Source: Microcoleus sp.
Lineage (GTDB): Bacteria; Cyanobacteriota; Cyanobacteriia; Cyanobacteriales; Microcoleaceae
Assembly: GCA_052279835.1 (NCBI GenBank)
Contig: CP181291.1
Span: forward strand, 3,552,001-3,616,000
DNA: 64,000 nucleotides
Direction: 5' to 3'
Every line of letters starts with the position of its first letter. Position 1 is the first letter of the stretch. Made by a program: the position numbers and the translations under genes. Below are positions 62,230-64,000 of this stretch, piece by piece. The notes beneath the pieces are model-generated. The model ran no database searches and was not told the DNA's origin. It saw only the letters and a program-made list of their open reading frames with translations.

Positions 62230-62287
62230 TAAAAAAGGTAGCGTAAAATCAATGGTTTAAACCATTTGAAAGTTACTTTAAAGCATC

Positions 62288-62325
62288 AAAAAAGGGCAGA
62301 GAGTTAACTCTCTGCCCTTTTGTTT
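62288..62325. terminator. Intrinsic terminator downstream of ssrA
   Basis: aaaagggcagagag-ttaa-ctctctgcccttttgttt. Confidence 0.75.
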
Positions 62326-62653
62326 GGCGTATATGTTGCTCTAAGCATAGGTAGTCAGAAAACGGGTTTTTGCCAGAAAACTTCGTTACACCACGCAGAA
62401 ACGCATAAAAACCCGGTTTCTTTGGTCTTTCCCCACAAACACTCAACAGTCAACCATAAGTTACCAACCCATTAGCTAAGCTGGGGGATCAAATAACTAG
62501 AATTTCACCCCGTCCGTCCGTTCTTGTAGCCTGTCGGGCGATATACTGATATGCGGTAAAGCATTAAAAATCTTTACAAACACCTACTCTCCAAGCGTAC
62601 TCCTACTAAGGGTAGGTGCAAAAATATATGCGATCGCTCATTCATCTGGAAAC

Positions 62654-63772
62654 ATGAACCCAGGAATTGACTTACAAGGAAGTTTTGTAGAAGCCCTCAT
62701 GAATTTGGGCTTACCGGCGGACATCGCCCAAGTGCTTTGGCTACCACTGCCAATGGTACTCATGGTTGTCGGTGCCGTCTTCGGGGTACTCACTAGCGTC
62801 TGGCTAGAACGGAAAATTTCTGCGGCCGCTCAACAGCGGATTGGCCCGGAATTTATCGGCCCTTTGGGAGTCCTAGCACCCGTTGCTGACGGTCTAAAAT
62901 TGGTATTCAAAGAAGACATCGTACCCGCAAAAGCTGACCCGCTGCTGTTTACCCTGGGCCCGGTAATTGTGGTGATCCCAGTTTTTCTCTCCTACTTAAT
63001 CGTGCCCTTCGGAGAGCATATGCTGATCGCCGATATGGGGACAGCAATATTTCTGTGGATTGCTCTATCTAGCATTCAGCCGATCGGCTTGCTGATGTCA
63101 GGCTATGCTTCTAACAACAAATACGCCCTCCTCGGAGGACTCAGAGCCGCCGCTCAATCCCTTAGCTACGAAATACCCCTAGCTTTGGCAGTATTGGCAG
63201 TGGTGATGATGTCCAATAGCCTCAGTACGATCGACATCGTACATCAACAAGCAGGCTACGGCATCGTCGGCTGGAATATCTGGCGACAACCGGCAGGATT
63301 CCTGATTTTCTGGGTAGCAGCACTAGCAGAATGCGAACGTTTACCCTTTGACCTTCCAGAAGCAGAAGAAGAATTGGTAGCAGGATATCAGACTGAGTAT
63401 ACAGGCATGAAATTTGCCTTGTACTACATCGCTTCCTACGTTAACCTCGTCCTTTCTTGCCTGCTAGTAGCCGTTTTGTACCTCGGTGGCTGGGAGTGTC
63501 CGATTCCCGTCGGAGTGCTGACAAATGCCCTAGGAGTCAGCGAAAATACTCCTTGGTTGCAGGTAATTACCGGCTTGCTGGGCATTACAATGACCATGAT
63601 CAAAGCCTACTTTTTCCTGTTTCTGGCAGTTCTGCTCCGCTGGACTCTGCCACGAGTTCGGATTGACCAATTGCTCAATTTGGGATGGAAGTTTTTGCTT
63701 CCCGTTGCTCTAGTTAATTTACTATTGACCGCAGCTTTGAAACTTGCCTTTCCCTTTGCTTTTGGCGGTTAA
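62654..63772 (+). CDS. ndhA: NAD(P)H-quinone oxidoreductase subunit 1
   Basis: [35 protein letters not shown]. Confidence 0.97.
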   Translation: MNPGIDLQGSFVEALMNLGLPADIAQVLWLPLPMVLMVVGAVFGVLTSVWLERKISAAAQQRIGPEFIGPLGVLAPVADGLKLVFKEDIVPAKADPLLFTLGPVIVVIPVFLSYLIVPFGEHMLIADMGTAIFLWIALSSIQPIGLLMSGYASNNKYALLGGLRAAAQSLSYEIPLALAVLAVVMMSNSLSTIDIVHQQAGYGIVGWNIWRQPAGFLIFWVAALAECERLPFDLPEAEEELVAGYQTEYTGMKFALYYIASYVNLVLSCLLVAVLYLGGWECPIPVGVLTNALGVSENTPWLQVITGLLGITMTMIKAYFFLFLAVLLRWTLPRVRIDQLLNLGWKFLLPVALVNLLLTAALKLAFPFAFGG

Positions 63773-63878
63773 TTCCTAATAGGTAAACAGCTAATAGCTA
63801 AAGTCAATTAGCTGTTAACTATCATTACCTATTATCAATTAGCAATTACCAAAAACTCAAGTACAGAGAGAGAACACG

Positions 63879-64000
63879 ATGCTAAAATTCCTCAATCAAG
63901 TAGGCGAATACGCCAAAGAAACTTTTCAAGCTGCTAAGTATATCGGTCAAGGGTTATCAGTTACTTTTGACCACATGAGGCGTCGGCCGGTTACGGTGCA
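63879..64000 (+). CDS. ndhI: NAD(P)H-quinone oxidoreductase subunit I (5' part)
   Basis: [40 protein letters not shown]; follows ndhA. Confidence 0.92.
   Translation, partial: MLKFLNQVGEYAKETFQAAKYIGQGLSVTFDHMRRRPVTV

Noticed and set aside
62230..62650. Prophage or island integrated at ssrA
   Set aside because: No integrase; ndhA follows within ~420 bp.

Overview
Chromosomal window from a filamentous cyanobacterium, probably Oscillatoriales/Microcoleus-like (dense HIP1 GCGATCGC octamers, apcF, vipp1, ndhA/ndhI, xisH/xisI, STRR heptamers). Mostly housekeeping genes: gor, tadA, menB, pspA/vipp1, gmhB, MarR-HlyD, ABC-F, tldD/tldE, glnA with a canonical NtcA promoter, apcF, tlyA, pfkA, ygfZ, ssrA, ndhA. 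There are two accessory hot spots. (1) About 20.4-30.1 kb: repeated HTH-pentapeptide-nuclease-like genes, two copies sharing a divergent promoter with 10-bp phased repeats, then a duplicated, decaying xisHI/Uma2/hicB block with an orphan toxin-tip/immunity-like pair. (2) About 54.2-59.7 kb: a TnpB relic, a helicase 5' stub, TA modules and an HsdR_N-domain gene followed by a well-formed attC site, separated by a duplicated ~265-bp promoter-bearing element, and then a 5'-truncated unknown gene. No integrase is present in the window. Several rearrangement junctions fall on HIP1-core (CGATCG/GATC) sites. Small repeat families show signs of mobility: a target-site duplication, 21-nt insertions into HIP1-like sites and an in-frame expansion inside a gene. 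All family calls come from motif recognition, not database searches.
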